Positions 24,881 through 33,016 of a stretch of DNA of 39,214 nt are shown here, piece by piece (positions within the stretch are counted from its first letter, which is position 1; each line of letters opens with the position of its first letter). The notes beneath the pieces are model-generated. The model was not told the DNA's origin, searched no databases, and was given only the letters and a program-made list of their open reading frames with translations. A program made the translations under genes and the position numbers. Origin of the DNA: a virus. The stretch lies in the IMG/VR virus record IMGVR_UViG_3300045988_075215. The stretch is one strand, 5' to 3'.

Positions 24881-25456
24881 TCAAACTCCTTTTATCTGTG
24901 ATGCAATCATATCTGCCATGTGCGTATAAAGCACATTCGGATATATTTTCACGGCCCTGGAATAAAACTCCCACTCTTTGCTGTCTGTGAAGGATCCCAT
25001 GTGATACCGGATGCACATTTTCTCCTCTTCCGTGAGGTTGATGTGCCCCATCAGCATGATCAGGCTCTTCTCTCCGTGTCCTGGCCATATTCTTTCTTTG
25101 TTCCATTCCGCCTGAGGATTGCCATAGATCTTGCCGCCGTCTATCGTTGCACCAATTACTTCCTCCCGGATCAGGTAATCATCCATTTTGCATACATCAT
25201 GCAGCATTCCTATAATTTGCGGGCTGTTCTTCCTCTGCCACTTCAGCCCTAATTTCTCCGTGAGGTTGATGAGCTCATACGCCACCTGAAGAGAGTGCTC
25301 ATAAAGGGCACCCTCCTCTGATCCATGATGGCTCTTTGATGCCGGAGCCGTGAAATATCCATTTCCTTCAAGCCATTTCAAGAAATCATCATCCGCAGCT
25401 TCCAGGAGAAAATCTCTCAAAATGTCTTTCTTTGTTTCCAGTGTGAGGTTCGCCAT
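24881..25456 (-). CDS. HD-domain phosphohydrolase
   Basis: Motifs SHHG…HSLQV…MLHDVCK (the H…HD pattern). Confidence 0.7.
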   Translation of the reverse strand: MANLTLETKKDILRDFLLEAADDDFLKWLEGNGYFTAPASKSHHGSEEGALYEHSLQVAYELINLTEKLGLKWQRKNSPQIIGMLHDVCKMDDYLIREEVIGATIDGGKIYGNPQAEWNKERIWPGHGEKSLIMLMGHINLTEEEKMCIRYHMGSFTDSKEWEFYSRAVKIYPNVLYTHMADMIASQIKGV

Positions 25457-25839
25457 TATATCACCTTCCCTCCGTGTCTGTATGGTCTGCTCTTGTTAAA
25501 TTCATGTTTTTCCACAACTGCTGCTGCCAGGTCAATTCCATAATGATCACACATATCCATGAGGCGGATCACCACATCCGCAAGTTCCGCCGGTATGCCC
25601 TCCATTTTTCCATCCTGATCTCTGTAGTATGTCTCTGTAGGCTTATGGCCTGCTCTGTACTCTTCCAGAGCCTCTGAGAGCTCACTGTGGGCCAGTGCAA
25701 TCAGCTCTCCAAAGCTTCTCTCCTCTCCATCCCACCATCCATGCTCTCTGGCATTCTTTCCTACCTCTGCCTGAAGGCTTCTCATGCCGTCTATTACTTC
25801 CTGGCGTTCTTCCATCTTTGTCTGAATATCTTTCTCCAT
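25456..25839 (-). CDS. MazG-like nucleotide pyrophosphohydrolase
   Basis: Motifs LIALAHSELSEALEEYR…PAELADVVIRLMDMCDHYGIDL. Confidence 0.75.
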   Translation of the reverse strand: MEKDIQTKMEERQEVIDGMRSLQAEVGKNAREHGWWDGEERSFGELIALAHSELSEALEEYRAGHKPTETYYRDQDGKMEGIPAELADVVIRLMDMCDHYGIDLAAAVVEKHEFNKSRPYRHGGKVI

Positions 25840-25852
25840 GCTCTTCTCCTCC

Positions 25853-25981
25853 TTATTTCTTCTCAGTGATTGCTTTCCATACTGCTACAAAGCAGGCCAC
25901 CAAAATCATCAGTGCCAGTGCGGCCAACACGATCAGGCAGCATACTCCCAAAAATTTCAGTAACATCCATGCTCCTGCCAT
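25853..25981 (-). CDS. 42-aa single-TM peptide (absent from the ORF track)
   Basis: My translation is MAGAWMLLKFLGVCCLIVLAALALMILVACFVAVWKAITEKK*. Its ATG overlaps the upstream stop (TAATG). Confidence 0.4.
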   Translation of the reverse strand: MAGAWMLLKFLGVCCLIVLAALALMILVACFVAVWKAITEKK

Positions 25982-26382
25982 TACTCACTCACCCCTTCCT
26001 GCAATAATTCCACAAAATACTCATTGTTTGCCTCATCAAGCCAGAAATCATATACCCATCCCGCTCTATCCGTCCGGATCCCAATATGCTTCAGGAGGCT
26101 TTTATCCACGCCTTCCGGCATCTGGTTGGCTTTTCTGAGCATATTCTCAGTTTCCGTATACTTCATTGCCTGGTTGAGCTCTTTTCCGTATTCTCTCCAA
26201 CTTTCTCCAATCTCTCTGATTGCCTCGGACACCTCTGCTCCCATTCGCCTCAGTGCCTCTGAGAAGTTGTTCATACCTTCCCGGATTAGCTCCGGCCAGT
26301 GCTCTCTATACCATTTCTCATACTGTTCCGGTGTCATTCCATAGATTTTCTTGAACTGCTTTCTTTTCTGCCGTCTGTTCAC
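25981..26382 (-). CDS. Hypothetical early protein
   Basis: 133-aa ORF in the operon, overlapping its neighbours. No motif was recognised. Confidence 0.5.
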   Translation of the reverse strand: MNRRQKRKQFKKIYGMTPEQYEKWYREHWPELIREGMNNFSEALRRMGAEVSEAIREIGESWREYGKELNQAMKYTETENMLRKANQMPEGVDKSLLKHIGIRTDRAGWVYDFWLDEANNEYFVELLQEGVSE

Positions 26383-26609
26383 TTTCTCATCCTCTCACTC
26401 AGTATTTTCCCGCCTGCTGCCAGGGCGGCCTCTTTTGTTGGCCTCTCAATGCAGAGGAGCTCTCTATCTCCTCCGTTTGGTGCCGTATTGTGTTCCAATA
26501 TGTGCAACCTCCATCTCGGAATGCCGCTCTCTATGAATTTGAGGCTCTTGTATATGGGCCGCCCGGCCAGGACTTCATTGCATATCTCTTCAAATTCTTC
26601 CTCAGACAT
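26379..26609 (-). CDS. Hypothetical early protein
   Basis: 76-aa ORF with coupled overlaps on both sides. Confidence 0.45.
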   Translation of the reverse strand: MSEEEFEEICNEVLAGRPIYKSLKFIESGIPRWRLHILEHNTAPNGGDRELLCIERPTKEAALAAGGKILSERMRK

Positions 26610-27372
26610 TTACCTCCTCCGTATCCTCATCCAGTGTGGTCACATCCACAATGATTGCCCTCTGCCATGGCATCTGTGCCACTTTCTCCCAGGCTTTGCG
26701 GCGGGCCTCCTGGTATATCCGGTCTCTTTCCTTCTGGCTGAGTGCTTTTCCCGCTGCCGCTTTCTCCTCTGCATCCTCGGAAATGAGATCCACCAATTCA
26801 CTGGCTTCATGCCTCTCCCATATTCTTCCGCCGCCCAGGCTGTTCTTGTCCGTTAATATGTATTCTGATACCCGGCACCATCCAATAGTGCCTGCCCAGT
26901 ACCCGCTATCCTCTCCGCAGCATACTTCAGCATCTACCATGTGGAGGATCTTCATTCCCGGATGTGCCGTGATCAATCTGATCAGGTGCTCCTCTTCAGT
27001 CTCATCCAAGATCTCCACGTTTTTGGCCATGAAGGAAATTCCGCCCGCCGGTTCATATTTTCCTTCTCTCCATGCCTCTTCAAAATCTTCCCGGTTTCCG
27101 TAATAGGTTCCAAAGATAGGATCCTGCTCCATCTGCCAGATTGCTTCTTTTACTCTTGCATCTATTTCACAATCGCACTCATTCCAACCTACCAGGCTGT
27201 AGCTTTCGCCCTGGCTCTTCTTTACCCTTACCTCAACGCCATCCCAGGCATTTGCAACCGCTCTGAGCCATGGAAGATCCTTGATTGATACCATTCCGCC
27301 CTCTTCCATGAGTATTCTGTCACTCTTGCCTCCGGTGTGCAGTATTGCCTTCACTTCATCCTTACCCATCAA
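26602..27372 (-). CDS. Hypothetical early protein (256 aa, acidic)
   Basis: Long ORF in the operon. No motif was recognised. Confidence 0.5.
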   Translation of the reverse strand: MMGKDEVKAILHTGGKSDRILMEEGGMVSIKDLPWLRAVANAWDGVEVRVKKSQGESYSLVGWNECDCEIDARVKEAIWQMEQDPIFGTYYGNREDFEEAWREGKYEPAGGISFMAKNVEILDETEEEHLIRLITAHPGMKILHMVDAEVCCGEDSGYWAGTIGWCRVSEYILTDKNSLGGGRIWERHEASELVDLISEDAEEKAAAGKALSQKERDRIYQEARRKAWEKVAQMPWQRAIIVDVTTLDEDTEEVNV

Positions 27373-27958
27373 TTTTCACTCCTTTCTCTTTCAATGCCTG
27401 GATCCAGAACTGCTGCACCTCTTTGGTACAATGTTCCATTGCATCCTTCCAGGTTGGCCACCTCCCATGCTCATCATAGAATTTATACTGATATGCAAGG
27501 CTCTGAAGGTTGTGAGGTTGATCCGGATCATGTTTCACCGCACACATGAGGCAAGTGCCCTCCGGTGTTCTTCCGGCCAGTATTATCCCATGCCTTGCCT
27601 TCAGGAACCCTCCCTCAGGCTTTACAGTTTCCCTTTTTTCAATTTCTTCCAGATCAAACCGCTTGCCCCACGGCTGAAAAACGTGGTCTTTCATCTCTTC
27701 CTCTGTGATCCGGCCATCTTTTCTGTACTGAAGCACCTTGATGGCTTTTTCTGTGTCTCTTCCGCAGCAATCATTCCAGAGTTGATATGCTCTGCTGCCC
27801 TTTAGCCCTGCCTCTGTGAGCATGAGGAGGGCCTCATACCCTCCTTTTGAAAGTAATTCACAGCAAAACTGTATGCAGCCGGGATTGCCTTCTGATATGG
27901 CCACAATTATCTGCTCGGTGCTCTTGCCGCTTCCTCTTCCTCCCATGAAAATCTGCAT
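27362..27958 (-). CDS. Hypothetical protein with an N-terminal Walker-A-like GGRGSGKS
   Basis: A P-loop-like motif at residues 6-13, but no recognisable Walker B or ATPase core. Confidence 0.45.
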   Translation of the reverse strand: MQIFMGGRGSGKSTEQIIVAISEGNPGCIQFCCELLSKGGYEALLMLTEAGLKGSRAYQLWNDCCGRDTEKAIKVLQYRKDGRITEEEMKDHVFQPWGKRFDLEEIEKRETVKPEGGFLKARHGIILAGRTPEGTCLMCAVKHDPDQPHNLQSLAYQYKFYDEHGRWPTWKDAMEHCTKEVQQFWIQALKEKGVKIDG

Positions 27959-27972
27959 TGCTTATCCTCCTA

Positions 27973-28608
27973 TCACTTATAGAAATTGTGGTTTCCCACT
28001 GTTTTTATGTATTCCAGGTTCTTTGAGTGCCAGGTTCCTTCTCCGTTGGATGTTGCCTCAAAATATAGGGCTCCTTCACTCTCATCCCAGTGATCTACCA
28101 TCACCATATAAAGTGCTTTGTAACAATCCGCATCCGGTTCTACATTCCAGTATCTTTCCCCTGGCATAACGGAGCTGAACTGGAAAACTCCGTCTTTTAT
28201 TTCAAATATCACATCCTCAATGGTTCCTGGGAAATCATCATCCCAAACCCTATTGAGAACCGTTCTGATCACCATGGCCTTCCCTTCAGTGCTCTCTCCT
28301 TCCGCCTCTGCCATTGCAATCCTGGCCAGTAAATAGCTTTCATACGCATCCCAGTCCGTTGAGTGCTCTTCTGTTGCCGTTGGCCGTTCTTCCCGGATAA
28401 ATACCACCTGAACCTTCTCCGGCTCCTCTGTGGCCGTCTCAGCGGCTTCAGGGAGCGGTTCTGGCTCATCCTCTTTCTTCACCGCTGTCATGCAGATGCA
28501 GGACACAGAAATAATTATGAGCATGATCCCCAGGAGCTTCATGTTTATCCGTTTTCTTCTCCTTCTTTTCCTTCTGGTTCGTGTCTTATTCTCCATAATC
28601 TGTGCCAA
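27973..28608 (-). CDS. Membrane-anchored SleB/CwlJ-type cell wall hydrolase (Hydrolase_2-like)
   Basis: It has a basic N-terminus and a TM segment (LLGIMLIIISVSCICMTAV). Catalytic-domain motifs seen: LLARIAMAEAEGES…VIRTVLNRV…QFSSV…ALYF. Confidence 0.7.
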   Translation of the reverse strand: MAQIMENKTRTRRKRRRRKRINMKLLGIMLIIISVSCICMTAVKKEDEPEPLPEAAETATEEPEKVQVVFIREERPTATEEHSTDWDAYESYLLARIAMAEAEGESTEGKAMVIRTVLNRVWDDDFPGTIEDVIFEIKDGVFQFSSVMPGERYWNVEPDADCYKALYMVMVDHWDESEGALYFEATSNGEGTWHSKNLEYIKTVGNHNFYK

Positions 28609-28819
28609 TCAGCTCCTCTCTCAGTTCTTCATACCTGGTTTCCAGGTGCCTGAAGCTCTCCTCCTGCCTCTTTATGCAAAGAAGCATACTCACCATGAAG
28701 CACAGTAGCAAAATGATCAATGATACCGCTGCCCTGTTGAAGTTTCTGGCCTTTTTCAGTTCATCCTCCATGCTCAGCTTCTCATTCAGCATTTCAAAAT
28801 ATTCTTTTTCTCCACTCAC
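28586..28819 (-). CDS. Small single-TM protein
   Basis: 77 aa with the hydrophobic segment AAVSLIILLLCFMVSMLLCI. Confidence 0.45.
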   Translation of the reverse strand: MSGEKEYFEMLNEKLSMEDELKKARNFNRAAVSLIILLLCFMVSMLLCIKRQEESFRHLETRYEELREELIGTDYGE

Positions 28820-29232
28820 TTTTTCGCCTCCTCTCCGGTTTTTACCTTCAGCCCTATTTTTTCAAAATAAAATTTTATTTTCCCCTCATGTTCCTCCACC
28901 ATCCCATACCTCACTGCTATGCTGTATGTGCTCACATCTCTTGCAAGCCGCTTAGGTATTCCTGATAACATTTCTCGGAATGTTTCCAGGTCGAAAGTTG
29001 CTTTGTATTTATTACACGATCTGCATGAAGGGAGCATATTCTCCACAGAATCCACTTTCAGCCCAAGTTCATCATCCATATACTCATAATTTTTCAGGCA
29101 GAGCACATGATCTGCATGAAAACCTTTGAATGGTATTTCACAACCGCAGTACGCACACCTCCCGCCGGTTTTTTCGTATACTTCCCGCCGTTCCTTCTGT
29201 GTGAGCTTTTTCCTCATTCTCTCACCCCGCAA
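28816..29232 (-). CDS. HNH endonuclease
   Basis: Motifs GGRCAYCGCEI…HADHV…PSCRSCNKYK. Confidence 0.8.
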   Translation of the reverse strand: MRGERMRKKLTQKERREVYEKTGGRCAYCGCEIPFKGFHADHVLCLKNYEYMDDELGLKVDSVENMLPSCRSCNKYKATFDLETFREMLSGIPKRLARDVSTYSIAVRYGMVEEHEGKIKFYFEKIGLKVKTGEEAKK

Positions 29233-29275
29233 TTCTTATTTTCTAAAAATTCATTAGCGTATCCCTACCAGTTAC

Positions 29276-29299
29276 CCTGCCGCCGGTTACAGCGGCAGG
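29276..29299 (-). promoter_or_regulatory. GC-rich hairpin downstream of VR2 (DGR target-recognition element)
   Basis: Stem cctgccgc/gcggcagg (8 bp) with an 8-nt loop, 26 nt beyond the VR2 end. This is the same spacing as at VR1. Confidence 0.7.
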
Positions 29300-29310
29300 A
29301 TTGTTTTTGA

Positions 29311-29937
29311 TTATCTCTTGATTGAGAAGCAGAGCGGCACCCGGAAGTCATTGGTGCAGTTGTAGTCGTTGGCATAGCCGAAGTAGTTGACAAGGGAGGC
29401 ATCGGTAGAATTGCCACCATACACGGACAGAAGCCACCAGGTGGCCCGGCTTCCTCCGTGTCCTCCCATCTTTATTCTGTTTCTCGGATCCTTGAAGATC
29501 TCTAACTGCTCCCCTTCCTTTGCATCAGAGAACCATTCTTCTCCAAACACCTCATATTCTGAAGGGAGCCACAGCTTCAGCATGAATTTCTCCTCTTCGC
29601 CGTCCACAACCTGGATGCACTCTCTTTCACAGATCACAGCTTTCAGTTCTTCCGGAAGCTGCTGCCATACCTTTTCATTCAAAGCCTTGCAGAGGTCACT
29701 CTTCTTGAAGCCTCCGGTGTTTCTTCCGTTCTCATTCCATGTAAATCTCTCCGCCATGGTGTCACGGCTGATGAAGTCCATTCTGTCCTCCGTGATATGA
29801 GCCACCTCATACACCATCTTTTCTCCGGTGAGGAGCTCATCCTCAATCTGATCTCCTACCTTCAGGCTTCCTGCTGCCACCAGGGCTGCAATGTCCTTCC
29901 ATGTGGTTCCTTCTGTTCTTCTGGTTGTCAAATTCAT
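29311..29937 (-). CDS. DGR target protein 2: stand-alone 208-aa paralogue of the target-1 C-terminal domain
   Basis: It shares LWLPSEYEVFG and …GGSRATWWLLSV…DFRVPLCF with target 1. Its 3' end is VR2. Confidence 0.85.
   Translation of the reverse strand: MNLTTRRTEGTTWKDIAALVAAGSLKVGDQIEDELLTGEKMVYEVAHITEDRMDFISRDTMAERFTWNENGRNTGGFKKSDLCKALNEKVWQQLPEELKAVICERECIQVVDGEEEKFMLKLWLPSEYEVFGEEWFSDAKEGEQLEIFKDPRNRIKMGGHGGSRATWWLLSVYGGNSTDASLVNYFGYANDYNCTNDFRVPLCFSIKR
29326..29449 (-). repeat. DGR variable repeat 2 (VR2)
   Basis: 124 bp with 13 mismatches to the TR. Twelve are at TR adenines and one is elsewhere (4919). Confidence 0.9.
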
Positions 29938-29960
29938 TTTCTTATCCTCCTTCTATGTTC

Positions 29961-30230
29961 TCAGGCGTTCCGGCCGCCTGCTGCCGTCTCAGTGTCTTTG
30001 GCTCCCGCTGCAATAAGGGCCAACTTGATCTGCTGCACCTTCACCGGGCCAATGCCCTTGATCTGGCTGATTGCCTCCATGGCCAGTGCTGTATCAAATG
30101 ATGGGGCTGCTGCCTTCATTCCCATCTCAAAAATACTGTTTATGTATTCCTCCATGGTGTTGTGATCCATCTTGCGGATCTGATTGTATTTATTGCGGTT
30201 TATTTCCACCGCTTTCTTCTTTTTGGCCAT
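29961..30230 (-). CDS. Small protein with a helix-hairpin-helix-like motif
   Basis: Motif ISQIKGIGPVKVQQIKLAL. Confidence 0.4.
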   Translation of the reverse strand: MAKKKKAVEINRNKYNQIRKMDHNTMEEYINSIFEMGMKAAAPSFDTALAMEAISQIKGIGPVKVQQIKLALIAAGAKDTETAAGGRNA

Positions 30231-30241
30231 CCCCTGCCTCC

Positions 30242-31243
30242 TTATCTCTTTTTGCGATCATAATCTTCAAAGTTTCTGATTGTTCGGAATACTCTTTTTG
30301 AGTTCACCCATCTCTGCAAATCAATGCAGATTTGCGGTGCGTTCCATTTTTCATACACCATCACATATGGATCAAACCCCAAATCTCTGAGTGTGTATAT
30401 TCTGTGAAGATCCTGCTCTATTGTGCTGTTGAAATTGATCAGGGTGTATACTGTCAGCCTTCTTCTATCCAAGCCGGTGATCTCCTTGAACATTTTCAAT
30501 TTCGGCACAATCAGATCCTCATCCTCCGGGTTATCCCACGCAAAATGCAGCATCTTCACCTTTAGCTTCTTTATGAGCTCAGTGTTTTTCTCTGTGAGCA
30601 GCCTTGCATCAAGCCCTTGGTTTATATCCACCCACGCCTTAGAATCCACAAGCTGCTGCAATATTTCCAGGTGCTCCGGGCAGGCCAGGAGGTTTGGATC
30701 CATGAGTTTAATCTCTTTTTGTCCTCTCCAAAACTCATCCAAATCTGCCACCTTCCTGCTTTTCTTTCCCTCTTTGCATCCCACTATGCAGAAATGGCAT
30801 CCTCTTGGGCGCCCTCTGCTTGTGAATCCGTATGCAGTATCAGTTATTCCATACAGCGAATAATCAGGGTATATATGCTCTGCTTCATATGGCAAAATGT
30901 CCTGGTAGGTTTTTCCTGCCTCTGTAATCGTCAAAGGTATTCGATCACTTTCTTCCAGTCCAACCTTCTTTATAAGCTCATCCCTCATGCTTCTGAATCG
31001 TTCTTGCAGCTCACCATGAATGAATCCGCTTCCACCATATTGCACTGCATCTGCATTCATTGGATAATCAAAAAACTCCGAAAAAGAGAAAACCCTGCTC
31101 ACATATATCTTTTCCATGTGGCCTGATAAAAGCGGGTAGTACCACTCCACTTCATCTCCTGCTGCCTTGTGATATGCAGAGAGCTTCATCATTGGCAAAT
31201 TGGGGTAGTTGTGGCCATCCACATCAATCAAGCCTACTCTCAT
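30242..31243 (-). CDS. Radical-SAM-superfamily-like protein with an atypical Cys motif
   Basis: It reads TSRGRPRGCHFCIVGC where a canonical enzyme has RGCxxxCxFC. The N-terminal LIDVD…PNLPMMKLSAYHK is reminiscent of phage B12-like/radical-SAM proteins. Confidence 0.45.
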   Translation of the reverse strand: MRVGLIDVDGHNYPNLPMMKLSAYHKAAGDEVEWYYPLLSGHMEKIYVSRVFSFSEFFDYPMNADAVQYGGSGFIHGELQERFRSMRDELIKKVGLEESDRIPLTITEAGKTYQDILPYEAEHIYPDYSLYGITDTAYGFTSRGRPRGCHFCIVGCKEGKKSRKVADLDEFWRGQKEIKLMDPNLLACPEHLEILQQLVDSKAWVDINQGLDARLLTEKNTELIKKLKVKMLHFAWDNPEDEDLIVPKLKMFKEITGLDRRRLTVYTLINFNSTIEQDLHRIYTLRDLGFDPYVMVYEKWNAPQICIDLQRWVNSKRVFRTIRNFEDYDRKKR

Positions 31244-31256
31244 TCCTGCTGCCTCC

Positions 31257-31697
31257 TTACATTCTTGGGCCCCTGAATATCACCACCATGGATGGGAATG
31301 GGGCTCCTGCTGCCGCCTGGCCAAATTTCAAGCGGCCTCTCACAAATCTCACCTCTGCCCGGTGCAGGATGTAATCATGGAAATACTTTGTATCCGTCCG
31401 GGCCGGTATGAGCATAACCACCAGGGTATTCTCCTTGTGGCCTTCCTCATAGCTTTTCTGCACCCAATCACCAATTTCTCTGCCGTATGGAGGATTGCAG
31501 AATACACGGTGCCCCCCCCAATCCTTCAAAAGGCCGTTCTCTTCTTTGGTGAAAAATGTCTCACATTTATGGTTTTTCTCATCAGCACACGGATCCAGAT
31601 CAAAGGCAAATTCCACATTGAGCTCATTGAAGAACTCCTGAGGTGTGGCCCACTGATCTGTTTTGCTGCTATACATCACATCCAAATTGGCCATCAC
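31257..31697 (-). CDS. dam: Phage-type DNA N6-adenine methyltransferase
   Basis: Motifs DQWATPQEFF…FDLDPCA…FCNPPYG…ARTDTKYFH. Confidence 0.85.
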   Translation of the reverse strand: MMANLDVMYSSKTDQWATPQEFFNELNVEFAFDLDPCADEKNHKCETFFTKEENGLLKDWGGHRVFCNPPYGREIGDWVQKSYEEGHKENTLVVMLIPARTDTKYFHDYILHRAEVRFVRGRLKFGQAAAGAPFPSMVVIFRGPRM

Positions 31698-32086
31698 TCA
31701 TCCTCCTCTGCAAAATCAAATATGTGTGCCCCCTGCTCCGGGCCGGTAAATACGAACACGCCTCCCTTTGGTATCCCAAGCAAGCCATAGGCCGCCCAGT
31801 TGCATCCAGAGGAATCTCCCTCCTTTGGGCTTCCCTTCCCGGTGTATCTGCCAATACACTCCTCATAGGCACTGTTGGCCGGATCATTCACCTTCAGCTT
31901 TATGAAGTCCTCGACTGCTGCCACATGGCCGCACATAGGGCACTTGAATTTCCATTTGCGAACATCCGCCCCAAATCTTCTCTCTCCTTCAGTTTTCCAG
32001 GCATCCAGGCTCTCATACACCTTGTTTCCGTCTCCATCCTCAAACGTGATGAATCTTCCGCCGCCAATTTTCATGGTTCTCTTCAT
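31694..32086 (-). CDS. Hypothetical Cys-containing protein (possible zinc ribbon)
   Basis: 130 aa with KCPMCGH…C…GC. Confidence 0.4.
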   Translation of the reverse strand: MKRTMKIGGGRFITFEDGDGNKVYESLDAWKTEGERRFGADVRKWKFKCPMCGHVAAVEDFIKLKVNDPANSAYEECIGRYTGKGSPKEGDSSGCNWAAYGLLGIPKGGVFVFTGPEQGAHIFDFAEEDE

Positions 32087-32103
32087 TGCTTATCCCTTCT
32101 TTC

Positions 32104-32292
32104 TCAAATTTTTCTGTAGAGCTCCTTCCTGCTCTCTCCGCACCAGATCCTCTGCCCGGTGTCCGTCTGTATGGTCACAATTCCATCTCTGAACCGATAC
32201 CCGGCCACTATGCAGCCCTGCTGCCACCTTCCTTCATGGAAAATCTCTGCTCTCTGTCCGACTATGTACGGAAAACGGTCTCCATTCATCAC
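32104..32292 (-). CDS. Hypothetical small protein
   Basis: 62-aa ORF in the operon. Confidence 0.4.
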   Translation of the reverse strand: MMNGDRFPYIVGQRAEIFHEGRWQQGCIVAGYRFRDGIVTIQTDTGQRIWCGESRKELYRKI

Positions 32293-32645
32293 TCTTCATC
32301 ACCTTCCAGGTAGTTCTTGCCAAATTCCTGCATCCACAGCTCATGGCTGTATTTCTCCTCAAAGGCTCTCTGAGCCACCTCTTTGAGGTGCTTGTCCACT
32401 TCTTGGTTATCATGTGGAGCTTCCGGGCCGTGTTCGTGGTGCCGTTCTTCACACACATAGCCCCACAGCCCATAGTGCTCCGCCTTTTTTCTGAAACATC
32501 CGAACCGGCCATATATGAAATGGTGTTTATGAAGGCCGGTATGCCTCAACTCTCCATAGTATCCATTCCTCTCAGCCTCTTCCCTGCAAAGGAAGCACTC
32601 ACGGTTCAGAGGATCAGTTCTCTTCTGTATAATGCTTTTTGCCAT
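32289..32645 (-). CDS. Hypothetical His/Cys-rich protein (possibly HNH-like, beta-beta-alpha-metal fold)
   Basis: Motifs CFLC…LHKHH…GLWGYVCEERHHEHG. Confidence 0.3.
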   Translation of the reverse strand: MAKSIIQKRTDPLNRECFLCREEAERNGYYGELRHTGLHKHHFIYGRFGCFRKKAEHYGLWGYVCEERHHEHGPEAPHDNQEVDKHLKEVAQRAFEEKYSHELWMQEFGKNYLEGDEE

Positions 32646-33003
32646 TCATCAGCTCCTCCAATTCTCTCAGTATCTCTTTCCTCTTCTCCCGGCTCATATC
32701 CGTTGCCAGTGTCACCGGCAGGCCCATTTCTTTTGCCTTCAGGATCTCTGCCTTCATTCCCTCTGAGAGGTGGCTGAAGATCCGCAGTTCCCCGCATTCC
32801 TTCAGGAGCTCCATTCCCATCTCCATGCCTGCTGCCCTCTGGCTCTTCACCTCATCATTCAGCACTCCGGCATAGAACAGATGTGGGCAGATCGGAATCT
32901 TCCCCTCTTCAATCACCTTTATGCAATAAAACTTTGCCGCTTCCAGGTTGGCCGCCCGGTCTCCTCTGGTGCCATATTGTGAACACACATACACCTTTTT
33001 CAT
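32614..33003 (-). CDS. DUF4406/nucleoside 2-deoxyribosyltransferase-like protein
   Basis: Motifs MKKVYVCSQY…NLEAAKFYC…GKIPICPHLFY…LNDE…CGELRIF…EGMKAEILKAKEMGLPV. Confidence 0.45.
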   Translation of the reverse strand: MKKVYVCSQYGTRGDRAANLEAAKFYCIKVIEEGKIPICPHLFYAGVLNDEVKSQRAAGMEMGMELLKECGELRIFSHLSEGMKAEILKAKEMGLPVTLATDMSREKRKEILRELEELMNGKKHYTEEN

Positions 33004-33016
33004 TCTCTTCTCCTTC

